Notes: a model not told the origin generated them from the sequence alone. A stretch of DNA of 64,000 bases from Anaerolineales bacterium (GCA_020850595.1 JADZEK010000023.1:6222-70221); one strand, 5' to 3'; positions 53,226-61,984 are shown, counted from the first letter of the stretch. Numbers and translations are program-made.

Positions 53226-54584
53226 ATGCAGCCGGAACAGCTCTGGCAAGCCGCCCTCGGGCAACTGCAACTGGAAATCCCTAAGAGCACGTTCGACACC
53301 TGGGTGCGCGGCAGTGCGCTGGTGTCGCAAGAAGAAGGAGCCTACGTCGTCGGCGTCAACAACGCCTACGCCAAAGACTGGCTCGAAAACCGCCTGCACG
53401 GCACCGTCAAGCGCACGCTGAGCGGGCTGGCCGGGCGCGCGGTGGACGTGCGCTTCGTGGTCGCGCCCACCAACGGCAACGGCCACGCCGCGCCCGAGCC
53501 GGTGTCGGCGGCGCCGCCGGTGGCCGAAGCAGAGTTCTCGGCCATGAACGCGCCGGCCTCCACCCTCAACCCCAAATACAAATTTGAAACGTTCGTGGTC
53601 GGCTCGAGCAACCGGCTGGCGCACGCCGCCACGCTGGCCGCCGCCGAGAATCCGGCTAAAGCCTACAACCCGCTCTTCATTTACGGCGGCGTGGGGCTGG
53701 GCAAGACCCACCTGCTGCAAGCCGTGGGCAACGCCTGCCGCGCGCGCGGCCTGACCGTGCTCTACGTGTCGTCGGAAGAATTCACCAACGACCTGATCAA
53801 CGCCATCCGCAACCACACTACCGAGAGCTTCCGCGACAAATATCGCAGCATAGATGTGCTGCTGATTGACGACATTCAGTTCATCGCCGGCAAAGAGTCT
53901 ACCCAGGAAGAGTTTTTCCACACCTTCAACACCCTGCACGGCCAGGACAAGCAGTTGGTCATGACCTCCGACCGGCCGCCCAAGGCCATGGTCACGCTGG
54001 AGGAGCGCCTGCGCTCGCGCTTCGAGTGGGGTCTGACCGTTGACATCCAGCCGCCGGACCTGGAAACCCGCCAGGCCATTCTGCGCTCGAAAGCCGAGCG
54101 CGCCGGCCGGCAGGTCGAAGACGCCGTGATCGAACTGATCGCCCGCCGTGTGCAGAGCAACATCCGCGAGCTGGAAGGTGCGCTGACCCGCGTGCTGGCC
54201 TACGCCGAACTGATCGGCCAGCCGCTGACCATGGACCTGGCCGCCTCGGCCCTGGCCGACCTGCTGCCGCGCACTCGCACCCTCACGCCCCAACAGATCG
54301 TTGACACGGTCGCCGATTTTTACAACCTCACCAGCGAAGCGCTGCTCGGCCCCGACCGCACCAAGGAAGTCGCCCTGGCCCGCCAGGTGGCGATGTACCT
54401 CATTCGCGAAGAGACCGACGCGTCGCTGCCGGCCGTGGGCGACCTGCTCGGCGGCCGCGATCACACCACCATCATGTACGGCTATAAAAAAGTCGCCGAC
54501 ATGATCGAGCGCGACGACCACCTGCGCCGCCAGCTCATCGCCCTGCGCGAGCGCCTCTACTCGCAGGTGGGCGCCCCCAACTAG
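53226..54584 (+). CDS. dnaA: chromosomal replication initiator protein DnaA
   Basis: 452 aa with LWQ..L..L, NP.Y.F..FV.G.SN..A, the Walker A motif GGVGLGKTHLL, and the C-terminal DNA-binding helix motif (DHTT). Confidence 0.98.
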   Translation: MQPEQLWQAALGQLQLEIPKSTFDTWVRGSALVSQEEGAYVVGVNNAYAKDWLENRLHGTVKRTLSGLAGRAVDVRFVVAPTNGNGHAAPEPVSAAPPVAEAEFSAMNAPASTLNPKYKFETFVVGSSNRLAHAATLAAAENPAKAYNPLFIYGGVGLGKTHLLQAVGNACRARGLTVLYVSSEEFTNDLINAIRNHTTESFRDKYRSIDVLLIDDIQFIAGKESTQEEFFHTFNTLHGQDKQLVMTSDRPPKAMVTLEERLRSRFEWGLTVDIQPPDLETRQAILRSKAERAGRQVEDAVIELIARRVQSNIRELEGALTRVLAYAELIGQPLTMDLAASALADLLPRTRTLTPQQIVDTVADFYNLTSEALLGPDRTKEVALARQVAMYLIREETDASLPAVGDLLGGRDHTTIMYGYKKVADMIERDDHLRRQLIALRERLYSQVGAPN

Positions 54585-54610
54585 CGCCCGCCCCCCTGCC
54601 CAGTTACCTG

Positions 54611-54640
54611 AACGCCGGAGCTATGTTTCCGGCGTTTTTT
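54611..54640 (+). terminator. intrinsic terminator of dnaA
   Basis: AACGCCGGA gctatgtt TCCGGCGTT followed by TTTT. Confidence 0.75.
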
Positions 54641-54660
54641 GCGCCATCGCCCTGGAACAT

Positions 54661-54689
54661 TTGACCTAGCCCATCCTTCCGGCCATAAT
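54661..54689 (+). promoter_or_regulatory. candidate promoter of the uvrA paralog
   Basis: TTGACC, 17-nt spacer, CATAAT. Confidence 0.5.
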
Positions 54690-54821
54690 GGGCCATCTAC
54701 CGCCCCGCCGCTTACCAATCAACCCGCCCGCCTCAGACCGCCTGTAACCCTTGGGCGCGCTCGGCCCTGAGTCCTTATTGGTATTGATTGCGCCGGCGTG
54801 GTCGTCAATAAGGAGCAGCCC

Positions 54822-57083
54822 GTGTCTCAGGAATACATCGTCATCCGCGGTGCGCGCGAGAACAACCTCAAGGATGTGTCGCTGCGCATCCCCAAGCGCC
54901 AAATCACCCTCTTCACCGGCGTCTCCGGCTCGGGCAAATCCTCCATCGTCTTCGACACCATCGCCGCCGAAGCCCGCCGCCAGCTCAACGAAACTTTCAG
55001 CACTTTCGTCCGCAACTTCCTGCCGCGCTACGCCCAGCCCGAAGCCGACGCCATTGAGAACTTGAGCATGGCCATCGTGGTAGACCAGAAGCACCTGGGC
55101 GGCGGCTCACACTCCACCGTCGGCACCATCACCGACATCTACTCAGTGCTGCGCCTGCTCTACTCGCGCCTCGGCCGGCCCGCCCTCGGCGGGGCCAATG
55201 TTTTCTCCTTTAACGACCCCGCCGGCATGTGCCCGGAGTGCAACGGCCTGGGCCGCAAGATCGGCGCGGACCTGGAGAAATTCATTGACCCCTCCAAGTC
55301 GCTCAACGAGGGCGCGGTGTTGTTCCCCGAATACGCCGTCAAGAGCTGGGGCTGGGACCTGCTCATCAACTCGCGCCTGTTTGACCCCGATAAAAAGCTG
55401 TCCAAATACACCGAGAAAGAAATGGACACGCTGCTCTACAGCGACCCGCTGAAGGTCAAGACCAAGTTCGGCGCGCGCGAGATCAACCTGACCTTTGAGG
55501 GCCTCGTCGCCAAGTTCAACCGCAAGTATGTGTCACGCGATCTGAAAAGCTACTCCGCGCGCACCCAAAAGTCCGTCGCGCCCTACATAAGCTACGGCCC
55601 CTGCGCCCTATGCAAGGGCGCGCGCCTCAGCCCGGCCGTGCTAGGCTGCCGGATCAACGGCCGCAACATCGCCGAGCTGGCCGCGCTGGAAGTGGCCGAC
55701 CTGATCAACGTCATCCGCGCCCTGGACGACCCCGCCGCCGCGCCCATGGTGGCCGCGCTGGTTGAGCGCCTGCAGCACATGCTTGATATTGGGCTGGAAT
55801 ACCTCAGCCTCAGCCGCGAAACTGACACCCTCTCCGGCGGCGAGTCGCAGCGCATTAAGATGGTCAAGCACCTCAGCAGCAGCCTGGTAGATGTGCTCTA
55901 CATCTTCGATGAGCCGAGCATCGGCATGCACCCGCGCGACGTGCACCGCCTGAACGAACTGCTGCAAAAGCTGCGCGATAAGGGCAACACCGTCCTGGTC
56001 GTCGAGCACGACCCCGACGTCATCAAGGTGGCCGACCATGTGGTGGATGTCGGCCCCTTCGCCGGCAAGCGCGGCGGCGCGATCGTCTTCGAGGGCAGCT
56101 ACGCGGATCTGCTGAAGGCCGAGACCCTTACCAGCCGCGCCTTGCGGCAGAAAATCTCCCTCAAGCCTAGCTTCCGCCCGGCGCAGGGCAAGTTCGCCAT
56201 CAAGCATGCCCGCGCCAACAACCTGCAAAACGTCAGCGTGGATATCCCCCAGGGCATCCTCACCGTCATCACCGGCGTGGCCGGCTCCGGCAAAAGCTCG
56301 CTCATCCACCAGACTTTCCTGCGCAAGCACCCGGAGGCCATCGTCATTGACCAGTCGCCGGTGGGCATTTCCAGCCGCTCCACCCCGGCCACCTACACCG
56401 GCATCTTAGATGAGGTCCGCAAGTCCTTCGCTAAGGCCAACAAGGTCAACGCCGCCCTGTTTAGCTTCAACTCTCAGGGCGCCTGCGAGAACTGCCAGGG
56501 TCTGGGCGTGGTCTACACCGACCTGGCCTATCTAGTTGAGGTCAAGATCCCCTGCGAGATTTGCGGCGGCCAGCGCTTCAAGGACGAAGTGCTGGCCTAT
56601 AAGTTCCACGGCTTATCTATCTCCGACGTGCTGAACCTGCCCGTGCGCGAGGCCCTGGAGTTTTTCGGCGCCACCGAGGTTGCCAAGGAAGTGCTGCGCA
56701 TCCTGCAATCCCTCAGCGACGTCGGGCTGGACTACCTGACTCTCGGCCAGCCGCTCAGCACGCTCTCCGGCGGCGAGTGCCAGCGCATCAAGCTCGCCGG
56801 AGAACTGCACAAGCAGGGCAGCCTGTACGTCATGGACGAGCCGACCACCGGCCTGCACCTCTCGGATATCGGCCACCTGCTCGCCATCATCAACCGTCTG
56901 GTAGACGCCGGCAACACCGTCATCGTCATCGAGCACAACCTGGCCGTCATCAAGAACGCCGACTGGATTATTGATATGGGGCCGGAGGGCGGCCACAAGG
57001 GCGGGCGCGTCATCTTCGAGGGCACCCCTCGCCAGTTGCTCGACTGCCGGGAATCGCTCACCAGCGCCTACCTGCGCGCCTGA
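54822..57083 (+). CDS. UvrA-like ABC ATPase, short paralog (~750 aa, appears to lack the UvrB-binding insertion)
   Basis: VIRGARENNLKDVSL.IPK....FTGVSGSGKSS, the zinc module CPECNGLG, the signature LSGGE.QRIK twice, and a second Walker A GVAGSGKSS. AAGGAG lies 6 nt before GTG 54822. Confidence 0.9.
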   Translation: MSQEYIVIRGARENNLKDVSLRIPKRQITLFTGVSGSGKSSIVFDTIAAEARRQLNETFSTFVRNFLPRYAQPEADAIENLSMAIVVDQKHLGGGSHSTVGTITDIYSVLRLLYSRLGRPALGGANVFSFNDPAGMCPECNGLGRKIGADLEKFIDPSKSLNEGAVLFPEYAVKSWGWDLLINSRLFDPDKKLSKYTEKEMDTLLYSDPLKVKTKFGAREINLTFEGLVAKFNRKYVSRDLKSYSARTQKSVAPYISYGPCALCKGARLSPAVLGCRINGRNIAELAALEVADLINVIRALDDPAAAPMVAALVERLQHMLDIGLEYLSLSRETDTLSGGESQRIKMVKHLSSSLVDVLYIFDEPSIGMHPRDVHRLNELLQKLRDKGNTVLVVEHDPDVIKVADHVVDVGPFAGKRGGAIVFEGSYADLLKAETLTSRALRQKISLKPSFRPAQGKFAIKHARANNLQNVSVDIPQGILTVITGVAGSGKSSLIHQTFLRKHPEAIVIDQSPVGISSRSTPATYTGILDEVRKSFAKANKVNAALFSFNSQGACENCQGLGVVYTDLAYLVEVKIPCEICGGQRFKDEVLAYKFHGLSISDVLNLPVREALEFFGATEVAKEVLRILQSLSDVGLDYLTLGQPLSTLSGGECQRIKLAGELHKQGSLYVMDEPTTGLHLSDIGHLLAIINRLVDAGNTVIVIEHNLAVIKNADWIIDMGPEGGHKGGRVIFEGTPRQLLDCRESLTSAYLRA

Positions 57084-57223
57084 CCCCGGGACGGCCTCCC
57101 CGCCTGCTCGCATGCCGGCTTTCCCTCGCAGATTCCCGGCCAGGGCTGCAAATCATGGGCATTTTGCCCAGTACAATCGCCACGGCCCTACTCTGCGCGT
57201 TATGTCAAGCTACAGGCTGCTTC

Positions 57224-57600
57224 TGTGGATAAGTCCCCCTGAAACTGTGGAAAAGGGGTCTCTTTTGGGGACAGTTTTTTCCTCGAGCGCACCCCGAACC
57301 ATCGGCCGCAGGCGGACTCACCCCTAGATATGGGAGCGAGACCCCTGGCATCGGACACATATGCGGATTGCGCGTCCCAACCGGCCTGGGCAGATTGTGG
57401 CGGCCTCCACAATCTCCACAAAACCCTCCACTCCCTGCTGGGGAAGCGCTGTTCCCGATTGATGGTCGGTCACCCGCCACCGGCACGGGCAGCGAGAGAT
57501 GTCGCTCCACATATACCGGCTGCGCGGCGGCGCTCAACCACTCTCCACATATCCCCAACGGCTACTACGGCTACGGTATATATATTTACTTATTAACAAC
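57224..57600. promoter_or_regulatory. second DnaA-box cluster plus AT-rich tract: candidate oriC / DNA unwinding element
   Basis: TGTGGATAA (57224-32, perfect) and TGTGGAAAA (57246-54). xxxTCCACA boxes at 57403-11, 57412-20, 57503-11 and 57541-49. AT-rich gtatatatatttacttattaacaac at 57576-57600. No convincing ORF. Confidence 0.6.
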
Positions 57601-57712
57601 TCTTCCTCTCACCTCACAGAAGACCCCCTCAGCCACGCCCTGCCCCAAAACGACCAACGCCGGCGCCCTGTGACAGAGCGCCGGCGCGCGGCCGGTGCGA
57701 CACACCCGCCCC

Positions 57713-57943
57713 TTAGTTGGCCGGCGGCGTCACCGTCAGCAATTGAAACATAAACGTCAGCGTGCGCGCCTGTCCCGCCGTGTCGGCCCCGCTGATGACA
57801 ATGCGGTCTACCAACTGCGGCTGGTCGAGCCGCAGGCAGGCCTGGAACAGCTCAGCGAGCGAGCGAAACGTCGTCGTCGACTCGGCCAAGCCGGCGCCCG
57901 GCTCGAATTGGCGCAGCACGATGTGTCCGGTGAAGTCGCTCAT
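57713..57943 (-). CDS. hypothetical small protein (76 aa)
   Basis: Compact high-GC3 ORF, 15 nt downstream of the preceding gene. Confidence 0.5.
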   Translation of the reverse strand: MSDFTGHIVLRQFEPGAGLAESTTTFRSLAELFQACLRLDQPQLVDRIVISGADTAGQARTLTFMFQLLTVTPPAN

Positions 57944-57958
57944 GCTTGCCTGTGCGCC

Positions 57959-58555
57959 TCATGGCCGGCGCGGCGTCATGCTATACACCCCGGGGCGCGT
58001 CTTGGCTTGCTGGCGCGCGCCCCACTCGGCGCGCTGCCCCTCGATGTCGCGGCTTAGGGCCATCCAGTCGGCCACCACGAACTGCAAGCCCAAGAAGGTG
58101 CGCGGCAGCAGGTAGGCCATCAGAAAGAATCGCAGCCAGCGCACGTTGATCGGGTAGTGGTTGAGGTCCACCGCCAGTTGCGTGCGCCCGCGGAACGGAT
58201 CCACGATGCGGCCGTCGGCCCAGCCCACCTGCCCTGGGTCGAACGGAACCGGCCGCGTGGTGCGGATGCGGCTGTAGGCGATGCTTAGCCGGAAGAACGG
58301 CGTGCTCAGCAGCAGGTAGTTGGGGCGGGCCTGCACGTAAGCCTGCCGGGGCGCGAACACGGCGTAGATGTAGAGCAACAGCGCCAGCGCGGCCATGGCC
58401 GCCAGCGCCACGCGGATTTGCAGGGTATCCAGCGGCCCCGGCGCAAACAGCGATAGCCCGGCGGTCAGCAGCGTAAGCAGCAGAGCGGGGCCGCGCCACA
58501 GGGTGTACAGGCGCTCGTACAACAGCAGGCGGTGGGGGCGCGAAGGGGCGGGCAT
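57959..58555 (-). CDS. membrane protein (2 TM plus a PH-like soluble domain?), 198 aa
   Basis: I chose the internal ATG at 58555 (MPAPSRPHRLLLYERLY...). The upstream part of the track ORF looks non-coding. Confidence 0.55.
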   Translation of the reverse strand: MPAPSRPHRLLLYERLYTLWRGPALLLTLLTAGLSLFAPGPLDTLQIRVALAAMAALALLLYIYAVFAPRQAYVQARPNYLLLSTPFFRLSIAYSRIRTTRPVPFDPGQVGWADGRIVDPFRGRTQLAVDLNHYPINVRWLRFFLMAYLLPRTFLGLQFVVADWMALSRDIEGQRAEWGARQQAKTRPGVYSMTPRRP

Positions 58556-58809
58556 AGCGCGGCAGTATAGCACCGCCTGCCCAACGCCCTTGCTGGCCTC
58601 ATTCGCACGCCACGCCGGCGACGAGGCACGGATAGTTTCTTCGCCAGTTGACCTGCCTCTGCCCGCTGTTAGCCAGGCCTGGCGTTCCCCGCTCAGGCCT
58701 CTGGCCGTACATAGACTCTCCTCCCTGTGCGCTCCCGCCAGGGCTGGCGGGAGCACGATTCAGAGCACCCCAAAACGCCACGGATTTCCCGAAAAATCGG
58801 CGAGAGCAC

Positions 58810-58839
58810 TTGACATTAGTACGCTTGTTCTGGTACAGT
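58810..58839 (+). promoter_or_regulatory. candidate promoter
   Basis: TTGACA, 18-nt spacer, TACAGT. The -10 region is embedded in GTTCT-n8-AGAAC. Confidence 0.45.
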
Positions 58840-58923
58840 AGAACAGAAATTCTAATTCTGCCGGCGCGCCTTTGCCGCACCTAGATTGTGCCCGGAACAT
58901 CGCCGATCACAGGAGCCACCGCT

Positions 58924-59301
58924 ATGTCTGGTCACGCCATCGTCCACGTCGAGGTTCCGTCGGTAGACCCAGCGGCGGCCGCCAAGTTCTATAGCGACCT
59001 GTTCGGCTGGAAGCTGAACCCTTGGCCGGAGTTCAACGACTTCACCTTCGACACCGGCGGCGGCCTGCCTGTCATCGAGCCGGAGAAAGGCGTCACAGCC
59101 GGCGAAGTGCTGGTCTACGTCAACACCAACGACCTGGACGCCTCGCTGGCGCGCGTGCGTGAATTGGGCGGCCGGGTAGACGGCCCCCAGGTGGAAGTGT
59201 CTGGAATGCGGTGGGCCTTCTTTAATGACCCCAGCGGCAATCGCGTGGGCCTGTACACCGGCGCGCCCGCCGCCCAACAGCCAAGCCCGGCGAGCGCCTA
59301 G
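58924..59301 (+). CDS. VOC (glyoxalase/bleomycin-resistance) family protein
   Basis: HVEVPS.D...A.KFY..LFGW......F.DP.GN..GL. Confidence 0.8.
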   Translation: MSGHAIVHVEVPSVDPAAAAKFYSDLFGWKLNPWPEFNDFTFDTGGGLPVIEPEKGVTAGEVLVYVNTNDLDASLARVRELGGRVDGPQVEVSGMRWAFFNDPSGNRVGLYTGAPAAQQPSPASA

Positions 59302-59328
59302 GGAGCGCGCGGCGAGATCAGCCGACCG

Positions 59329-60339
59329 ATGGGTAAGCCCTCGCCCGACATGATGAACTTTCAGGCCGACCGCATCGAGCGGGTGCTGGCCTCGCATCGC
59401 GTGCCGGTGCGCGTTCACGGCGGCGCCATCTTGCCGCGCTGGATTCGATTCCTGCTCACCCCGGCCATGGGGGCCAAGGTGTCCGCCGTGCGCAGCCTGT
59501 CCGAAGAATTGGCGCTGGCCCTGGGCGCGCCGGACGTGCGCGTGGCGCGCGACGGCGAATCTATCACGGTCGAGGTGCCGCGCGACGACGCCGAGCCGGT
59601 GCTGCTTTCCAATTTGCTGCGCGCGGCGCCGAACTGTCCACCGGTCACTGCCAGCCTGGGCCTCACCGACGACGGCCGCCCGCTGCTGCTGCGGCTGCCC
59701 TCGCCCGACGTGGCGCACGTGCTCATCGCCGGGGCCACCGGCTCGGGCAAAACCGAGTTGATGCGCAGCCTGGTGGTCTCGCTGGCGCGGCGCAACCGGC
59801 AAAGCAAATTGCAGTTCGCGCTGATTGACCCCAAGCGCCGGGGCTTTCTGCCGCTGGGCGGCCTGCCGCACCTGCTGGCCGATATCGCCGCCGACCCCGC
59901 CGCCGCGCTGCACCTGCTGGAGCGCCTGCTGGTCGAGATGGAGCGCCGCGACCGCGAGCAGGTCTCCTCGCCGCGCATCGTCATCGTGATTGATGAGCTG
60001 CTCGACCTGCTGGCGACCGGCGGCAAGCCGGTGGAGCTGGCGCTGACGCGCCTGGCCCAGCGCGGGCGCGAGGCCGGGCTGCATGTGGTGGCCGGGGCGC
60101 AGAAGCCCGCCGCCACTGTGCTCGGCCCGATGCTCAAGGCCAACTTCCCGGTGCGCCTCATCGGCCGGGTGGGCAGCGCGGAAGATGCGCGCGTGGCCGC
60201 GGGCCTGCCCGGCACCAACGCCGAGCGGCTGTTGGGCCGCGGCGATTTTTTGCTGGTGGCGGCCGGGCACACGGTGCGCTTTCAGGCGGCCTGGATCCCG
60301 GCCGCGGAGTGGCCCGGCTTGCTGGCCGGGCTGAGTTAG
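59329..60339 (+). CDS. FtsK/SpoIIIE-family motor-domain ATPase, soluble; no TM, linker or gamma domain
   Basis: 336 aa. The alpha-domain-like N-terminus (ILPRWIRFLLTPAMGAKVS.V..L.EELALAL) is followed by Walker A HVLIAGATGSGKTE, Walker B IVIVIDELLDLL, and QKP...L....KANFP.RL.GRV.S..D.R (FtsK beta domain). Confidence 0.85.
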   Translation: MGKPSPDMMNFQADRIERVLASHRVPVRVHGGAILPRWIRFLLTPAMGAKVSAVRSLSEELALALGAPDVRVARDGESITVEVPRDDAEPVLLSNLLRAAPNCPPVTASLGLTDDGRPLLLRLPSPDVAHVLIAGATGSGKTELMRSLVVSLARRNRQSKLQFALIDPKRRGFLPLGGLPHLLADIAADPAAALHLLERLLVEMERRDREQVSSPRIVIVIDELLDLLATGGKPVELALTRLAQRGREAGLHVVAGAQKPAATVLGPMLKANFPVRLIGRVGSAEDARVAAGLPGTNAERLLGRGDFLLVAAGHTVRFQAAWIPAAEWPGLLAGLS

Positions 60340-60370
60340 TTACGACCAAGTGAGTCAGGAGCGAACGGCC

Positions 60371-60646
60371 ATGGATATCGGCATGTTGTGGTATGACGAC
60401 GATGCGAAGCGCAAGCTCGACGAGAAGGTGGCCCGCGCGGTGGAGTTTTACCGGGCCAAGTACGGCGTGCAGCCCACGGAGTGCTACGTGCACCCCGGTA
60501 TGCTGGCCGCCGATCAGCCGACCACCGCGGCCGGCGTGCGGCTGCGGCCCAACCGCACCATCATCAAGAACCACTTCTGGCTGGGCGTGGCCCAGACCGA
60601 GACTCCCCCGGCCCTCGCCGCCGCGAAACGGCGCGGCCGGGCCTAG
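60371..60646 (+). CDS. hypothetical protein (91 aa)
   Basis: AGGAG lies 9 nt before ATG 60371 (the track start GTG 60350 is less likely). No family recognised. Confidence 0.6.
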   Translation: MDIGMLWYDDDAKRKLDEKVARAVEFYRAKYGVQPTECYVHPGMLAADQPTTAAGVRLRPNRTIIKNHFWLGVAQTETPPALAAAKRRGRA

Positions 60647-60670
60647 CGCCGCCGTGAAAGCGAGGCAGCT

Positions 60671-61138
60671 ATGCGCGGCCGCACCCTCCTCATTTGGGTT
60701 CTAGGACTGGCCTTTGCCGTCACGCTGGCGGTGGTCGTCGGCCAGCGCCTCTCGGCGCAGGCCATGGCCATCGTCATCGGCATCATCGCCGGGGTGGCGG
60801 CCAGCATCCCCACCAGCCTGCTGGTGGTGTGGGCCACGGCCCGCCTCAGCCTGCCGCGCGCGGGCTACGCCGTGCCGCGGCCCGCGCCACGCGAGCGCCC
60901 CATTGTGGTCATGCAGGCGCCGCCCGCTCCGGCCTATAGCCCGCCGAGCGGCTACGCGCCCAATGGCGAAGCCGGCGCGCCGGGAGTCTCCGCCGGCGGG
61001 GGCTACGCTCCGGCGGGCTATGCCCAGGCCGGCTATGGCCCGCTGCCGCCGCGGCGCTTCACGGTGGTAGGCGGCGGACGCGTGCTAGACGCCGACGAGA
61101 TTGAAGCGCAGGAGGAGGACGAGGCATGGATGCCCTAA
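60671..61138 (+). CDS. membrane protein with 2 TM helices and a Pro/Gly/Tyr/Ala-rich tail (155 aa)
   Basis: GCGAGG SD. N-terminal TM pair, then a low-complexity PAPAYSPPSGYAPNGEAGAPGVSAGGGYAPAGYAQAGYGP region and an acidic C-terminus. Confidence 0.65.
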   Translation: MRGRTLLIWVLGLAFAVTLAVVVGQRLSAQAMAIVIGIIAGVAASIPTSLLVVWATARLSLPRAGYAVPRPAPRERPIVVMQAPPAPAYSPPSGYAPNGEAGAPGVSAGGGYAPAGYAQAGYGPLPPRRFTVVGGGRVLDADEIEAQEEDEAWMP

Positions 61139-61425
61139 AGCCGGGTGGCCCCCAGGCCGCCCGCCGCCGCGGCCCCAGCCGCATAGATGAGCCGGTGGCC
61201 GTGCCTACCCTGCGCCACGGGTTCTTCCCGGCGGCGTTCGTGTGGCGCGGGCGGCGGCATGCCGTGAGCGCCGTGGAAGATTGCCGCACCGAAGTCCACC
61301 ACAATTGGCGCGGCGCGGCCGAGCGCCACCACTTTCGCGTGCGCGCCGAAGGCGCGGTGTACGAGTTGACGCAGGACCTGGCGCGCGACGTTTGGCAGTT
61401 GGAGCGCATGTGGGAGCTGAACTGA
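61126..61425 (+). CDS. hypothetical small beta-rich protein (99 aa)
   Basis: GAGGAGGA SD. 13-nt overlap with the previous gene. FVWRGRRHAVSAVEDC...HHFRVRAEGAVYELTQD...WQLERMWE pattern. Confidence 0.6.
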   Translation: MDALKPGGPQAARRRGPSRIDEPVAVPTLRHGFFPAAFVWRGRRHAVSAVEDCRTEVHHNWRGAAERHHFRVRAEGAVYELTQDLARDVWQLERMWELN

Positions 61426-61564
61426 CCCCCGCGCTTGGCTGAGTATCGGTATACGGATCGGTGAACGTTTGACAGCCGGGGCGCATGCCGCGGCTGTCGG
61501 CGTTATAGGGGCGGTATACTATCCGTGAACAAGCGCGGGCCGCCTGCCCGCCAGGACGTGCGCC

Positions 61565-61918
61565 ATGCACCTCAGCGCCATCTGGTTTCCGGTGAGTGAT
61601 TGGGAGCGCGCTAAGGCGTTTTACGGCCAGGCGCTCGGCCTGCCGCTGCGCCAACTCAACGACGCCGACGGCTGGGCGGCCTACGCCACGGGCGGCGCGC
61701 CGCTGTTCATCGTGCGCCGCCCCGGGCTGCCGGCCAACCCCGGCGGCCCGGTCGTCACCTTCGCCAGCGACGACCTGGAAGCCTTGCGCGACCGGCTGGA
61801 GACCGCCGGCGCGCGGGTGAACAACGACCTGGCGCACAGCGGCGACCTGCTCATCATGACGTTCTACGACCCGGACGGCCATCGCCTCGAGGCCGCGCAG
61901 GTGCTGGCGCGCGAGTAG
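61565..61918 (+). CDS. VOC (glyoxalase) family protein
   Basis: W.PV.D.ERAKAFY...LGL......FYDPDGH.LE. Confidence 0.8.
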   Translation: MHLSAIWFPVSDWERAKAFYGQALGLPLRQLNDADGWAAYATGGAPLFIVRRPGLPANPGGPVVTFASDDLEALRDRLETAGARVNNDLAHSGDLLIMTFYDPDGHRLEAAQVLARE

Positions 61919-61947
61919 CCGACGCCGCTCCCGCGCTCGTTAACCAC

Positions 61948-61984
61948 ACAGCGGGCCGGCTGAAACTCTCAGCCGGCCCGCTGT
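61948..61984. terminator. bidirectional terminator hairpin
   Basis: ACAGCGGGCCGGCTGA aactc TCAGCCGGCCCGCTGT, with 16-bp perfect arms between convergent genes. Confidence 0.65.

Noticed and set aside
52857-54521. 554-aa minus-strand ORF
   Set aside because: It is antisense to dnaA, whose identity is certain, and shows no recognisable motifs.
57205-57558. 117-aa and 62-aa minus-strand ORFs, and 84-101-aa plus-strand ORFs, inside the 57.1-57.7 kb gap
   Set aside because: They overlap one another in several frames and have no SD or motifs. The region is densely populated with DnaA-box-like sequences, so it is more plausibly non-coding origin DNA.
58827-58844. GTTCT-n8-AGAAC inverted repeat over the -10 region of the VOC gene promoter, considered as a LexA/Cheo-type SOS box
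   Set aside because: The Gram-positive/Chloroflexi-type LexA box is GAAC-n4-GTTC. Here the half-sites are in the opposite order with different spacing, so an SOS box is not supported. It may still be an unrelated operator.
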